A stretch of DNA of 64,000 bases. It comes from a virus. The notes under the pieces are model-generated. The model was not told the DNA's origin, ran no database searches, and saw only the letters and a program-made list of their open reading frames with translations. Below are positions 1 to 9,277 of the stretch, piece after piece. The stretch's first letter is position 1; each line of letters opens with the position of its first letter. The stretch lies in IMG/VR virus record IMGVR_UViG_3300042387_002331, one strand, 5' to 3'. Made by a program: the position numbers and the translations under genes.

Positions 1-2
1 GT

Positions 3-1226
3 ATTAGTTGGGAATCTCGTAGATTATCTGACGGTTTAGGAGGTGCTAGTGTTTATTGGGATACTAGATGGTTAGTTGATCCATTAGGGATAACTACAGT
101 GAATTGGGGTATTAGAACCGGATACGATTCATCTACTTCTCAATCAATAGATTGGGGTGGTCGTATTTTATATGATGCAAACGAATCTTATTCAATCGAT
201 TGGGCAGCCAAAGCTTTATGGGGAACCGGTGGTTTTCCAACTTTAGAATGGGCTAGTAGATATTTAAACGATGCTAGTGGAAATGTTTCTGTAGATTGGG
301 GTAACAGATTGACTAAAGATTCCTCTAATAAAGAGTCAATAGACTACCAGAACCGCCAATTAAAAAATTCAAATGGAAATGAAGTACTTAACTGGCAATC
401 AGGTGTAACAATAACAGGATCGGCAATTGTTTCTGGAAGTCTTGAATCAACAGGTTCATTTAGTGTTCAAACATATAATTCATTTTTAGCTGCAACTGCA
501 ACTGCTATTGAATTAAACGATACCACTCGAAGAATATATGATACATCGGGTTTATTAAGTATAGATGCTCTTTTTAGAACTGCAAATTATCAAAATCTTA
601 GTCCGTCAATTGATTGGCAAAATAGCTTTTTATACGATTCATTAGGTAATACATCTCTTAATTGGGGTACTAGATCATTACTAGATTCATCAAACACTGT
701 AGTTTTTAATTGGGATGCATTTGCTCTTAACTATAAAATAGAAACAAACACATACTTAAAAAGATTCATTGAAGTAGGCACCCAAGACCTATTTTCAGAT
801 GTAGGAGTAGTAGGGTTTAACTATGAAGGAGAAGTTATAGAAGCAACATTAGATGGAACTGTAAACCAATTTGATCTAGTATATCTAGAAACAGATGGTA
901 AATGGTATCCTGTTGCTCAAGGAACTGCAGATTGTACTAAACTTTTAGGAATATGTGCTGAAACAGGTGCTAGACCTAAAGTTATTTTAGAAGGGTCAAT
1001 TACAGTAAATGATGGTACCTATATTGATACTCCTATTGTTCAAGGAATTAATTTTGGGTTACCAATATATGTTAGAGAAAGTGCAGGAAATACAATGTCA
1101 ACTGTTGTACCTACAACTGCAGGGCAATATGTTAGAATTTTAGGACATGCATACTACCAAAATACAGGATCTCCTGAATATTGGACTATGAAATTTAGAC
1201 CATCTAACGATTGGTACGTAATATAA
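3..1226 (+). CDS. Virion structural / tail fibre-like protein with ~15-aa S(I/V)DW-x-R-x-L-x-D repeats (5'-partial)
   Basis: The frame is open from position 3 (ISWESRRLSD...), so it begins upstream of the window. It has recurrent SIDW/SVDW/LNW repeats and a C-terminal fibre-like domain. Confidence 0.6.
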   Translation: MSWESRRLSDGLGGASVYWDTRWLVDPLGITTVNWGIRTGYDSSTSQSIDWGGRILYDANESYSIDWAAKALWGTGGFPTLEWASRYLNDASGNVSVDWGNRLTKDSSNKESIDYQNRQLKNSNGNEVLNWQSGVTITGSAIVSGSLESTGSFSVQTYNSFLAATATAIELNDTTRRIYDTSGLLSIDALFRTANYQNLSPSIDWQNSFLYDSLGNTSLNWGTRSLLDSSNTVVFNWDAFALNYKIETNTYLKRFIEVGTQDLFSDVGVVGFNYEGEVIEATLDGTVNQFDLVYLETDGKWYPVAQGTADCTKLLGICAETGARPKVILEGSITVNDGTYIDTPIVQGINFGLPIYVRESAGNTMSTVVPTTAGQYVRILGHAYYQNTGSPEYWTMKFRPSNDWYVI

Positions 1227-1236
1227 AAGAAATAAT

Positions 1237-1806
1237 ATGGGAAATATTAGTCAAATAAATGGTTTAAATATTAACGCAGCAACAGCTTCAATAGCAACAT
1301 CTGCATCATATGCTACAACAGCAGCATATGCTCAAGCTTCAAACCCTAGATTATTAGGTTTTTCTGGGATTACAGGAACTCAAACCACAAGCACGAATGT
1401 TACTACATGTCATTCACTTTTAATCCCTGCAAATTCTCTTGGAACAAATAATATTCTCCAACTTGTATTTAGAATGTTTAGACAATCTGGAAATGTTGGA
1501 CAATTATATGGGAGAATATATTTTAACACTAGTAATAGCTTAATAGGTGCTAGTTTATTCAATACTATCTTTACAATGAATGGAGCATCTACCCAATTCC
1601 TTGGATATGTTGAAAGAAACTTTAGCTATAATGGAACAACTTTAACAAGCTATTCAAATTCAGCATATTCAGAATATACTACTGGAAATGTTCAAACAGT
1701 TAATTTAAATAGAGCTGTAGACAATTATGTGCTATTTACTATGCAAGCACAAAATGCTGCAGATATAGGAAACATAAACTTATATAAAGTATTTTTATAT
1801 GAATAA
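1237..1806 (+). CDS. Putative virion fibre/decoration protein, paralog of 46580..47284
   Basis: Shares ANPR, LIPA..NN, GRxYxNTxNSLxGA, ERNF and DxYxxFxxQ blocks with 46580..47284. Confidence 0.55.
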   Translation: MGNISQINGLNINAATASIATSASYATTAAYAQASNPRLLGFSGITGTQTTSTNVTTCHSLLIPANSLGTNNILQLVFRMFRQSGNVGQLYGRIYFNTSNSLIGASLFNTIFTMNGASTQFLGYVERNFSYNGTTLTSYSNSAYSEYTTGNVQTVNLNRAVDNYVLFTMQAQNAADIGNINLYKVFLYE

Positions 1807-2029
1807 TATAACAAAAATAAAAGATGGATTTATATACAATAATATAGAATATAAATTCCAATCATACATTATTGAAGGGCAAGAAACTGAAGTTCAATAT
1901 GAAATTTTAAGTGAAACCCAATACCAAGTTGGAACAGACAACGGTATAATATTTTTTGATGTTTCTATTACAATTGATAATTTAAGTTTTCAAACTTCAT
2001 TAGAATATATAAATTATTTATTTAGTTAA
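1799..2029 (+). CDS. Hypothetical protein (possible fibre chaperone)
   Basis: ORF overlaps the upstream stop. Confidence 0.5.
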   Translation: MNNITKIKDGFIYNNIEYKFQSYIIEGQETEVQYEILSETQYQVGTDNGIIFFDVSITIDNLSFQTSLEYINYLFS

Positions 2030-2035
2030 AAAAAC

Positions 2036-2065
2036 TTGGCTTCTTAAAGAAGTCTTTTTATATTT
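2036..2065 (+). promoter_or_regulatory. Class A promoter TTG-N20-TAnnTT with hairpin in the spacer (representative)
   Basis: TTG gcttcttaaagaagtctttt TATATTT. The same spacing occurs at 4713, 11721, 17178, 21930, 25332, 26526, 28967, 39253, 40250, 44825, 47573 and 52428. Resembles the Bacteroidota -33 TTTG / -7 TAnnTTTG promoter. Confidence 0.7.
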
Positions 2066-2081
2066 AGCTAAAAAATAGGTT

Positions 2082-2594
2082 ATGTTATATAAAACGTCTG
2101 ATAAAAATTTAGTTTACAAAGAAATTAAAAAACTTCAACCACTAAACTACAATCAATTTAGATGGTGGAGACGTTTTGATACTAAAACAAAACCACTTCC
2201 TAAAGGTGCTACATTTCTTCAACGTATTCAAAACGGTGAATATGAATTTTCACATTATTTTTGGCAATGGAAATTAACTGAAATTGAATTAAACGATGTA
2301 TATGAAAAATACAACGGAAATATTCAAACGATGCTTGAAAAAAATGGAGTTGACTTTGCTCGTAGAAAACGTTTAATAGAAGATTTTAACAAGGACGAAG
2401 CTGACCGTTTAGAAGCACTTAAAAAAGGATTTTTACGTGAATTTGAGATGACGTCTGACGACTATGAAAATAGTCTTACAAATTTTGATGGGACTACTGA
2501 AGAATTTTATGTATATTGTTTGAAAAATTTTGAACGTTCTGGTAGACCGATTGAAAGACGTGGTCGTCCTAAAAAGGTAGTTGTATATGAGTAA
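2082..2594 (+). CDS. Hypothetical protein with C-terminal AT-hook-like RRGRPKK
   Basis: ORF after a class A promoter; RGRP motif. Confidence 0.6.
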   Translation: MLYKTSDKNLVYKEIKKLQPLNYNQFRWWRRFDTKTKPLPKGATFLQRIQNGEYEFSHYFWQWKLTEIELNDVYEKYNGNIQTMLEKNGVDFARRKRLIEDFNKDEADRLEALKKGFLREFEMTSDDYENSLTNFDGTTEEFYVYCLKNFERSGRPIERRGRPKKVVVYE

Positions 2595-2811
2595 AATTTT
2601 GGATTTACATGGTTTAAAACATGAACATGTCTATACTATAGTAGACAAGTTTGTAGGCAGCCATATAATACAAGGTACAAAAGAGATTTATATTATTACA
2701 GGACATAGTAAAAAAATGAAAGAAATAGTTACTTACATAATCCAGGACTATGACATTCAAGGAAAAGAAGAATGGGGCAATGCTGGTAAAATAGTTTTAG
2801 AATTAAAATGA
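2587..2811 (+). CDS. Stand-alone Smr/MutS2-domain protein
   Basis: LDLHG, IITG and GNAG motifs. Confidence 0.75.
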   Translation: MSKILDLHGLKHEHVYTIVDKFVGSHIIQGTKEIYIITGHSKKMKEIVTYIIQDYDIQGKEEWGNAGKIVLELK

Positions 2812-3521
2812 GCAATCAAACAATCCAATGGTCAGGATATGAATGGCTGACCCAAGAAAGATGGGGTCAAATCCATCCAGACAAACCAATTTGTTGGTAT
2901 GATCCAACAGCTATACAAATAAATAGTGAAAGTGAAATTGTATTAAAAACACAATACAATCCAAAACAATTTGATGATGTAGTTTCCCCAATTGGAGTTG
3001 GGTTAATTTCATGTACTGAAAAATTTAGTTATGGAATGTTTAGCATAGAAGCTAAACTACCTAAAGGACCATATTTATGGCCTGCATTTTGGATGTATGC
3101 TTGGGAATCTTGGCCACCTGAAATAGATATATTTGAAGCATACTCAAACAGTAGATCAAGTTATTTTAACTGGGATTGGAAAAGTTTATTTGGAAAGTTT
3201 TGGAGAGTAGAAACTAATATACACTTAGGTGAATCCCCAAACAACTATAGTTTAGGAGCCCAACCAGGGTATGTAGGTTTTACACCACCAACAGAAAAAT
3301 TCAACACATATACAGTTGATTGGACTCCAACTTACATTAAAATATACTACAATAACAAATTAGTTAGACAAGTAACAGATCCGAATGTGTTAAAACAATT
3401 TGAAGGGAAAACAATGAATGTGATTATCAACAATGGTGTTCAAAATTCATATCCTACTAATAGCAATTTACAAACTGAATTTATAGCACGTAATTTTAAA
3501 TATATTCCATATGAAAAATAA
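2808..3521 (+). CDS. Glycoside hydrolase family 16 (beta-glucanase/laminarinase-like)
   Basis: YG-x-F-x-IEAKLPKG-x-LWPAFW and WPPEIDIFE (ExDxxE catalytic) motifs. Confidence 0.85.
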   Translation: MSNQTIQWSGYEWLTQERWGQIHPDKPICWYDPTAIQINSESEIVLKTQYNPKQFDDVVSPIGVGLISCTEKFSYGMFSIEAKLPKGPYLWPAFWMYAWESWPPEIDIFEAYSNSRSSYFNWDWKSLFGKFWRVETNIHLGESPNNYSLGAQPGYVGFTPPTEKFNTYTVDWTPTYIKIYYNNKLVRQVTDPNVLKQFEGKTMNVIINNGVQNSYPTNSNLQTEFIARNFKYIPYEK

Positions 3522-4137
3522 AGTTGAATTACTAGGACATTATGGAGATGATTTAATTCATGCTTGCTCAGCTTGGACAAGCACATCACGTGAATTAACT
3601 GACGAAAAAATAGAACGTGTACCAAAATTGCTAAACATGTTAGCAAGTGAAGGACACCACACCCCATTTGAAAAATCAAGTTTGCACTTTTTAGTCACAG
3701 TAGATCAAGCAACTCACATCCATTTGCTAAAACATAGAATTGGAGTTTCAATTAATGGAGAAAGCGCACGTTACAAAGAATTAAAAGAAGATAAAACATA
3801 TTTACCTGCAGATTGGCCTGAACGATGGGATACAGCATTACGTAATTTTACAAATGAATCTAATACACTTTATCATATGTGTTTAGAAGAATTAACTTCT
3901 GTTTTAGGCCGTAAACGTGCTAAAGAATCTGCTCGTTTCTTTAAAACATTCAACTCCCAGATTACAATGGATATTATGTTTAACTGGAGGAGTTTTGCTC
4001 ATTTTCAACAACTTCGAAACAGCGAACATGCACAAGTTGAAGTAAGAGAGTTAGCACAACAAATGTTAGAGCTAGTTAAAAATATTGAAGGTAATCCTTT
4101 TAAACACACAATAGAAGCATTTAAGTTATCCAATTGA
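3511..4137 (+). CDS. thyX: Flavin-dependent thymidylate synthase
   Basis: GHHTPFE, HLLKHRIGVSINGESARY (ThyX motif), NWRS..F..LR..HAQxEVR. Confidence 0.92.
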   Translation: MKNKVELLGHYGDDLIHACSAWTSTSRELTDEKIERVPKLLNMLASEGHHTPFEKSSLHFLVTVDQATHIHLLKHRIGVSINGESARYKELKEDKTYLPADWPERWDTALRNFTNESNTLYHMCLEELTSVLGRKRAKESARFFKTFNSQITMDIMFNWRSFAHFQQLRNSEHAQVEVRELAQQMLELVKNIEGNPFKHTIEAFKLSN

Positions 4138-4140
4138 TTC

Positions 4141-4149
4141 ATATTTATA
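4141..4149 (+). promoter_or_regulatory. Class C (putative late) promoter ATAT(T/G)TATA (representative)
   Basis: Also near 10069, 16622, 20581, 23358, 24589, 26312, 28283, 38773, 40987, 41621, 42430, 46561 and 61723, mostly upstream of structural-like, tagged, HNH and tRNA genes. Confidence 0.65.
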
Positions 4150-4164
4150 ATAAAGGTATAAACT

Positions 4165-4629
4165 ATGAAAAAATCTGATTTAAAAAAAATTATCCGAGAA
4201 GAAATTCAAAAAGAAATATTTGGTCTTTTTAACAAAAAAACACCTCCTCCCCCACCACCCCCAAGTACTCCAAAAAAACCTACCCCATCACCTTTATCTT
4301 CTTTTGAGCTTAATGGAAACCCAATAACAATAGAAGGGATAAGTGCTACTGGAAAAGGTTACCATGTTTGGAAAGGTAATAATCCTTTAGGAGATTTAAG
4401 ACAGATTGCTTCTAAAGCATATGAAAATGGATTTGGTGAAACCCAAGATAAAATATATTATATAGCAATCGTAAACCCAGAATCTTCTAGATACTTAAGA
4501 GACCATGTAGATAGACCAGCATATTTTACTGTTTCTACTCCAAAAGGAGGAGCAACTAAAGGTGAATTAAAAGCGATAGCTGATAGGATTTTAAAACTTA
4601 ACCCTGATGGGAAAATTAAAATATGGTAA
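4165..4629 (+). CDS. Hypothetical protein with N-terminal LKKIIREE tag and poly-Pro linker
   Basis: Follows a class C motif; PPPPPPP run. Confidence 0.6.
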   Translation: MKKSDLKKIIREEIQKEIFGLFNKKTPPPPPPPSTPKKPTPSPLSSFELNGNPITIEGISATGKGYHVWKGNNPLGDLRQIASKAYENGFGETQDKIYYIAIVNPESSRYLRDHVDRPAYFTVSTPKGGATKGELKAIADRILKLNPDGKIKIW

Positions 4630-4762
4630 TAGTTTTTCCGATTCCAACAACTTTAGGCGCATTTACAGGTTATAAATTAAGTTATTTTTTAGCTCAACTT
4701 TTTTAAAAATATTTGGTTCATTAAATCTTTTTTTGTATATTAAACTTATAAAAATAAGAGTT

Positions 4763-5080
4763 ATGACGTTTAAGACAAAAACAAAAAATCAATTTAAATT
4801 ACTTTTAAGGCGTTTAGGTTTTCTTTGTAAAAAACCAACTAAAAGAACTCGTTGCCTTAAAATTTCCCACACCCTTAATCCGGATGGAACAGTAACAGTT
4901 TATAACCAACCTATATTTTCCCTCCCAGAAAATGCTTATGGAATTGAATCTGAAATCCATGTGTTTTTAGAAGAAAAGAAATCAGTTAACCCAGGTTGTA
5001 AATTTGATACAAATGCAAAAACATGTGTTTGTGGAAAAACAATAGAAGAATTTTTAACAAATAAGTGCATAAATAAGTAA
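4763..5080 (+). CDS. Hypothetical protein, Cys-rich C-terminus
   Basis: ATG after a class A promoter and A-rich leader. Confidence 0.5.
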   Translation: MTFKTKTKNQFKLLLRRLGFLCKKPTKRTRCLKISHTLNPDGTVTVYNQPIFSLPENAYGIESEIHVFLEEKKSVNPGCKFDTNAKTCVCGKTIEEFLTNKCINK

Positions 5081-5099
5081 CCCCAAAAAAATAAGTTAT

Positions 5100-5417
5100 A
5101 TGAAAACAGTTGTGAACAAAGAACAAGTAATCGCAGTTACTAAAAAAGTATTTAGCTATGCAATCATAGTAGGAGCCCTAGGAGCAGGATTTGTAATAGG
5201 AAGATTTACCCAAACATATCCACCTGCAGAAGAAGTTAACCCGTATCAAAGCATTCATTCAATTAAAAATGTTTCAATTGCAGTAAACGAAAGCAATGAA
5301 TTGATGTTAATAGATCGAACCACTGGAGAATACCAAATGTATTCAGATTCTATTGGTATGGCAGTTTTTAAAATGTATTCAAACCGAATTTACCAAAACG
5401 CTGGTTCGAATGAGTAA
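5100..5417 (+). CDS. Single-TM membrane protein next to the transglycosylase
   Basis: Hydrophobic YAIIVGALGAGFVIG. Confidence 0.6.
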   Translation: MKTVVNKEQVIAVTKKVFSYAIIVGALGAGFVIGRFTQTYPPAEEVNPYQSIHSIKNVSIAVNESNELMLIDRTTGEYQMYSDSIGMAVFKMYSNRIYQNAGSNE

Positions 5418-5928
5418 ATTAAAGTTTTTAGGTATAGCTGCTATTTCCCTAGCAGCTGTATCTTCCCTTAGGTTTGATCCACCTGAGGAAGTAAAACAAC
5501 CACTGAGAGACATGTCTCCGGTTAAATCAACCGATCCACCTTGTTTGCAAATGTACTACTACATTGAAAAATATGCTGACAGTTTTAACATACCAAAACG
5601 ATATGCTTACGGAATTGCATTTGCAGAAACAAGATATAAAGGACCATTCCATTGGAACTACAACCCAGCACAAACGTCTTGTGTAGGCGCAGAAGGACCG
5701 ATGCAAATTATGTTATCTACAGCTCATGGAAACAATAAAGACAATGTTTCACGTGAACGCTTACGAACAGATATTGAATACAATGTTAGAACTTCAATGA
5801 AACTGCTTCGTAAACTACATAACATATATGGAAACTGGAAACTTGTATTTGGATGCTACAACACAGGAAGACCTTGTGTAAACGGATACGCAGAAAATGT
5901 ATATAATCACAAAATAAATTGGAGATGA
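5410..5928 (+). CDS. SLT-family lytic transglycosylase with N-terminal signal/SAR segment
   Basis: AETRY (catalytic E), GAEGPMQIM and YNTG motifs; hydrophobic N-terminus. Confidence 0.85.
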   Translation: MSKLKFLGIAAISLAAVSSLRFDPPEEVKQPLRDMSPVKSTDPPCLQMYYYIEKYADSFNIPKRYAYGIAFAETRYKGPFHWNYNPAQTSCVGAEGPMQIMLSTAHGNNKDNVSRERLRTDIEYNVRTSMKLLRKLHNIYGNWKLVFGCYNTGRPCVNGYAENVYNHKINWR

Positions 5929-6173
5929 AAAAAGTAGTTTGTATAAACGATAGAAAACAACCTGAAGGAGGAGAACTTGTTGAAGGGAAAGAATATGAAG
6001 TTGAGGAAGAGTTCATCAACAACTATGAACAAAAAACATTTGTCATAGCAGGTATTAACAATTACGGAATGACCAAACTTGGAATGCGCTGGTATGGTTA
6101 TGATGCAAAACGATTTGCAGATTTAGATGCTTTAGCAACAGAAACATATGAACACGCTTATGCCTATAATTAA
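5925..6173 (+). CDS. Hypothetical protein
   Basis: Coupled ORF. Confidence 0.55.
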   Translation: MKKVVCINDRKQPEGGELVEGKEYEVEEEFINNYEQKTFVIAGINNYGMTKLGMRWYGYDAKRFADLDALATETYEHAYAYN

Positions 6174-6174
6174 T

Positions 6175-6969
6175 ATGAAAAAAATAAAAATATCACACGA
6201 GGTACCATTTTGCCTCTTAGAAAAAAGTAGAGAATTCAACGACTACGACTATTGTTTACCCCATTTAATGGATGAAAATGAAGAGTATCGTGATTTCTTC
6301 TACAAATCAAAAGAAATGGGTCGCTATATTGTAATGGATAATTCACTCCATGAGCTAGGTGAAGCATACAATACAAAGCGATTAATATATTGGATAAATG
6401 AAATTAAACCAGATGAATTTATTGTACCTGATGTTTGGGAAAATGCAAGAGCATCAATTAAAAACGCAGAAGAATGGGTTCAAATTAAACTTCCTGAAGG
6501 GGTATTAAAAGTTGCTGTAGTTCAAGCGAAACACATATGGGAAGCTAAAGACTGTGTTCAAGCATATAAAAATTTAGGATACCAAAAAATAGCATTTTCA
6601 TATGGTGCTTCATATTATAATGAATTATGCCCACATCCAAATAAAGATTTAGGTAAAGCAATTGGACGATACATGGCTGTTCATAAGTTATACAACAATA
6701 AAACATTAACCATGTTTGATCGTGTACATTTGCTTGGAACCGCTTCACCTATTGAATTTGGAATGTATAAAGATATTGAATGTATTGAATCTATAGATAC
6801 TTCAAATCCAATCATGGCTGCAATTGGAGAAATGCCCTATACAAAAATGGGATTGCATCAAAAACCACTTGCTAACATGAACAAATACCAAGATATGAGC
6901 ATTGACTTCTTAAACGAAGATCTAGTAGAATTCAATGTTGAAATGTTTAGAAAAATAAATGAATTATAA
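6175..6969 (+). CDS. dpdA: TGT-fold DNA guanine transglycosylase-like protein (DpdA family, subfamily uncertain)
   Basis: Colinear TGT motifs MDNS, PDV, AVVQ, VHLLG and SIDTS; located just upstream of queC/queD/queE/folE. Confidence 0.7.
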   Translation: MKKIKISHEVPFCLLEKSREFNDYDYCLPHLMDENEEYRDFFYKSKEMGRYIVMDNSLHELGEAYNTKRLIYWINEIKPDEFIVPDVWENARASIKNAEEWVQIKLPEGVLKVAVVQAKHIWEAKDCVQAYKNLGYQKIAFSYGASYYNELCPHPNKDLGKAIGRYMAVHKLYNNKTLTMFDRVHLLGTASPIEFGMYKDIECIESIDTSNPIMAAIGEMPYTKMGLHQKPLANMNKYQDMSIDFLNEDLVEFNVEMFRKINEL

Positions 6970-7228
6970 AATGGAATATTTAAGTTTATATGACTATCTA
7001 GGACATGCCGCAGGCAATGAATTAGGTAAAGAAGTAGCAATAGCTGCTAGTAAAGCAGGAATTAAATTAGAAACTCGGGAAGTTTCAAACCCAAAATATA
7101 CAGGAATAGTATATTTGTACCCCAAAGACTTTCTTGAAGCATATTTTAGAGAACCAGATTCTATCCATATGGAAGACCTTCCAGGATCTATTAACTATAA
7201 CATTGATGACGACGACTTACCTTTTTAA
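6959..7228 (+). CDS. Hypothetical protein, acidic DDDDLPF tail
   Basis: Coupled ORF; SSB-like C-terminal tail. Confidence 0.55.
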   Translation: MNYKMEYLSLYDYLGHAAGNELGKEVAIAASKAGIKLETREVSNPKYTGIVYLYPKDFLEAYFREPDSIHMEDLPGSINYNIDDDDLPF

Positions 7229-7230
7229 CT

Positions 7231-7404
7231 ATGGATAAATTAACAAAACAAGAATTTGAAAAATTTCGTGAAGTCTGGAAATCTGAATGGTACGACCATT
7301 GGAGGCTCTTGGATATTGACTTTAAAGTTTATATGTTAATGAGAGGATTAACCGAAAAACAATTTAAAAAATTAAATAACGACGAATTATGGAAAAACAT
7401 GTAG
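7231..7404 (+). CDS. Small hypothetical protein (57 aa; not in ORF track)
   Basis: ATG 7231 to TAG 7404, filling the gap before queC. Confidence 0.5.
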   Translation: MDKLTKQEFEKFREVWKSEWYDHWRLLDIDFKVYMLMRGLTEKQFKKLNNDELWKNM

Positions 7405-8336
7405 TAATTTCCCTGTCTGGAGGAATGGATTCCAGCACACTTTTGTTACGCTGTCTAAAAGAATACGACACAGTAACAGCAATTTCATTTGATTATGGAC
7501 AAAAACATCGAGTTGAGCTTGAACGAGCTAAATCGTTGGTAGATTACATTAATGAAACCAAAATTAAAGTAACAGGAAATTTAGATCAAATTCAAAATGA
7601 TTTATTGAAATTTCATGGTATAACTCCGGAAGGTTTTAGTGATATGATTAAAGAAGTAAAAGGCGAAGCATCCCCTATCACTTATCGTGTCATCAAATTA
7701 GACGGATTAACAGACTTACTCAACTCAGCTTTAGTAACAGGTGGAGATGAAGTACCTGAAGGACACTATGCTGAAGAAAATATGAAAGCAACAGTTGTTC
7801 CTAACCGAAACAAAATATTTGCTTCTATTGTTCAAGCAGTTGCACTTTCAATTGCAGATAAAACAGGTGAACAATGTGATATTGCACTTGGAATACATGC
7901 AGGTGACCATGCAATTTATCCTGATTGTAGACAAGAATTTAGAGATGCAGATGACCATGCCTTTAGAGTAGGTAACTGGGGTTCTGAAAAAGTAGGTTAC
8001 TTTACACCTTATCTTGATGGAGACAAATTTATTATTTTGCAAGATGGAGAAAAATTATGTAGTGAATTAGGACTTGATTTTAACGAAGTATACTCACGTA
8101 CAAACACTTCATATAAACCAATTTACCATGAATTCGCTTACGAAGAGGGAGATGACATTGTTGAAGTCAAAGAATGGTTTTCCGATTACAAATCAGCAAG
8201 TTCCGTAGAACGTGTAGAAGCATTTATTAAACTAGGAAGAAAAGATCCTGTATTATATGCAGACGAAGAAGGTCCTGTAACATGGAACCATGTAGTAAAA
8301 GAAGTAACAAAAGTACTTGAAACACATGAAGGATAG
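7389..8336 (+). CDS. queC: 7-cyano-7-deazaguanine synthase
   Basis: SLSGGMDS PP-loop, FDYGQKH, VPNRN, HAGDHAIYPDCR. Confidence 0.93.
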   Translation: MEKHVVISLSGGMDSSTLLLRCLKEYDTVTAISFDYGQKHRVELERAKSLVDYINETKIKVTGNLDQIQNDLLKFHGITPEGFSDMIKEVKGEASPITYRVIKLDGLTDLLNSALVTGGDEVPEGHYAEENMKATVVPNRNKIFASIVQAVALSIADKTGEQCDIALGIHAGDHAIYPDCRQEFRDADDHAFRVGNWGSEKVGYFTPYLDGDKFIILQDGEKLCSELGLDFNEVYSRTNTSYKPIYHEFAYEEGDDIVEVKEWFSDYKSASSVERVEAFIKLGRKDPVLYADEEGPVTWNHVVKEVTKVLETHEG

Positions 8337-8520
8337 TTGTATATTAGACTGGGAATTATACCAAAAAGTTATGGAAAAGAAAAAAACAATTAAAGTTTGT
8401 ACTGGAGTAGGATTAGACCAAATCACTCCTGAATACATTACAATTTATCTTTCTGATATTGATACAGAAATTAAAAAACGAGGACGTAAACCAAAAACAA
8501 ATGAAAATGGCAAAATTTAA
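8326..8520 (+). CDS. Hypothetical protein with KRGRKPK
   Basis: ORF bridging queC and queD. Confidence 0.45.
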   Translation: MKDSCILDWELYQKVMEKKKTIKVCTGVGLDQITPEYITIYLSDIDTEIKKRGRKPKTNENGKI

Positions 8521-8971
8521 TTCAACAAAATTATTTGACGGTTACTCAACATGTTTCCGTCAATGGAAAGCAGATGGAACACATTGTAAATTTTTACATG
8601 GTTATGCAGTTTCATTTAGAGTATGGTTCGAAGGCGAACTAGATGAAAGAAATTGGGTTTGGGATTTTGGTGGTATGAAACGTGCAAAAACACAAATCGA
8701 AGGTATGTCTCCAAAAGACTATTTTGCATACCTTTTAGACCACACTACAATCATAGCTGAAGATGATCCTCATTTAACTTTATTTAAACAAATGAATGCG
8801 GAAGGTATTATACAATTACGAATTTTACCTGCTACAGGATGTGAACGATTTGCAGAATATTTATATCATACAATAAATGATTTTCTAGCAGTAGAAACAA
8901 ACGGCAGAGTTAAAGCCACTAAAATTGAAGTTTATGAACATGAAAGAAACTCAGCAAGTTATGGAGAATAG
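8507..8971 (+). CDS. queD: 6-carboxytetrahydropterin synthase
   Basis: HCxxLHGY, WDFG, LDH, GCE and EVYEHERNSA motifs. Confidence 0.9.
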   Translation: MAKFNSTKLFDGYSTCFRQWKADGTHCKFLHGYAVSFRVWFEGELDERNWVWDFGGMKRAKTQIEGMSPKDYFAYLLDHTTIIAEDDPHLTLFKQMNAEGIIQLRILPATGCERFAEYLYHTINDFLAVETNGRVKATKIEVYEHERNSASYGE

Positions 8972-9028
8972 TTATTATACAACAACCACCACTTTTGGTA
9001 ATATTAAATTTATATACACAATAACAAA

Positions 9029-9277
9029 ATGAAAGAAATACTTTATTTCAGCGCAACATGGTGCCAACCATGTAAAAATTTTAAACCGATTATGGAACGT
9101 GTAGGGCAAACAATCCCAGTTGCATTTATTGATGTGGATGCAGATCCTGGCATGACCTCAGCTTATGGTATAAAAAGTGTACCTACGCTTGTATTTTTAA
9201 AAGACGGGCAAGTTGCTCAAAAACAATCTGGAGTTTTATCTGAATCGCAAGTAAAAGATTTATGGAATCAAAATTAG
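9029..9277 (+). CDS. trxA: Thioredoxin
   Basis: WCQPCK active site, SVPT. Confidence 0.9.
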   Translation: MKEILYFSATWCQPCKNFKPIMERVGQTIPVAFIDVDADPGMTSAYGIKSVPTLVFLKDGQVAQKQSGVLSESQVKDLWNQN

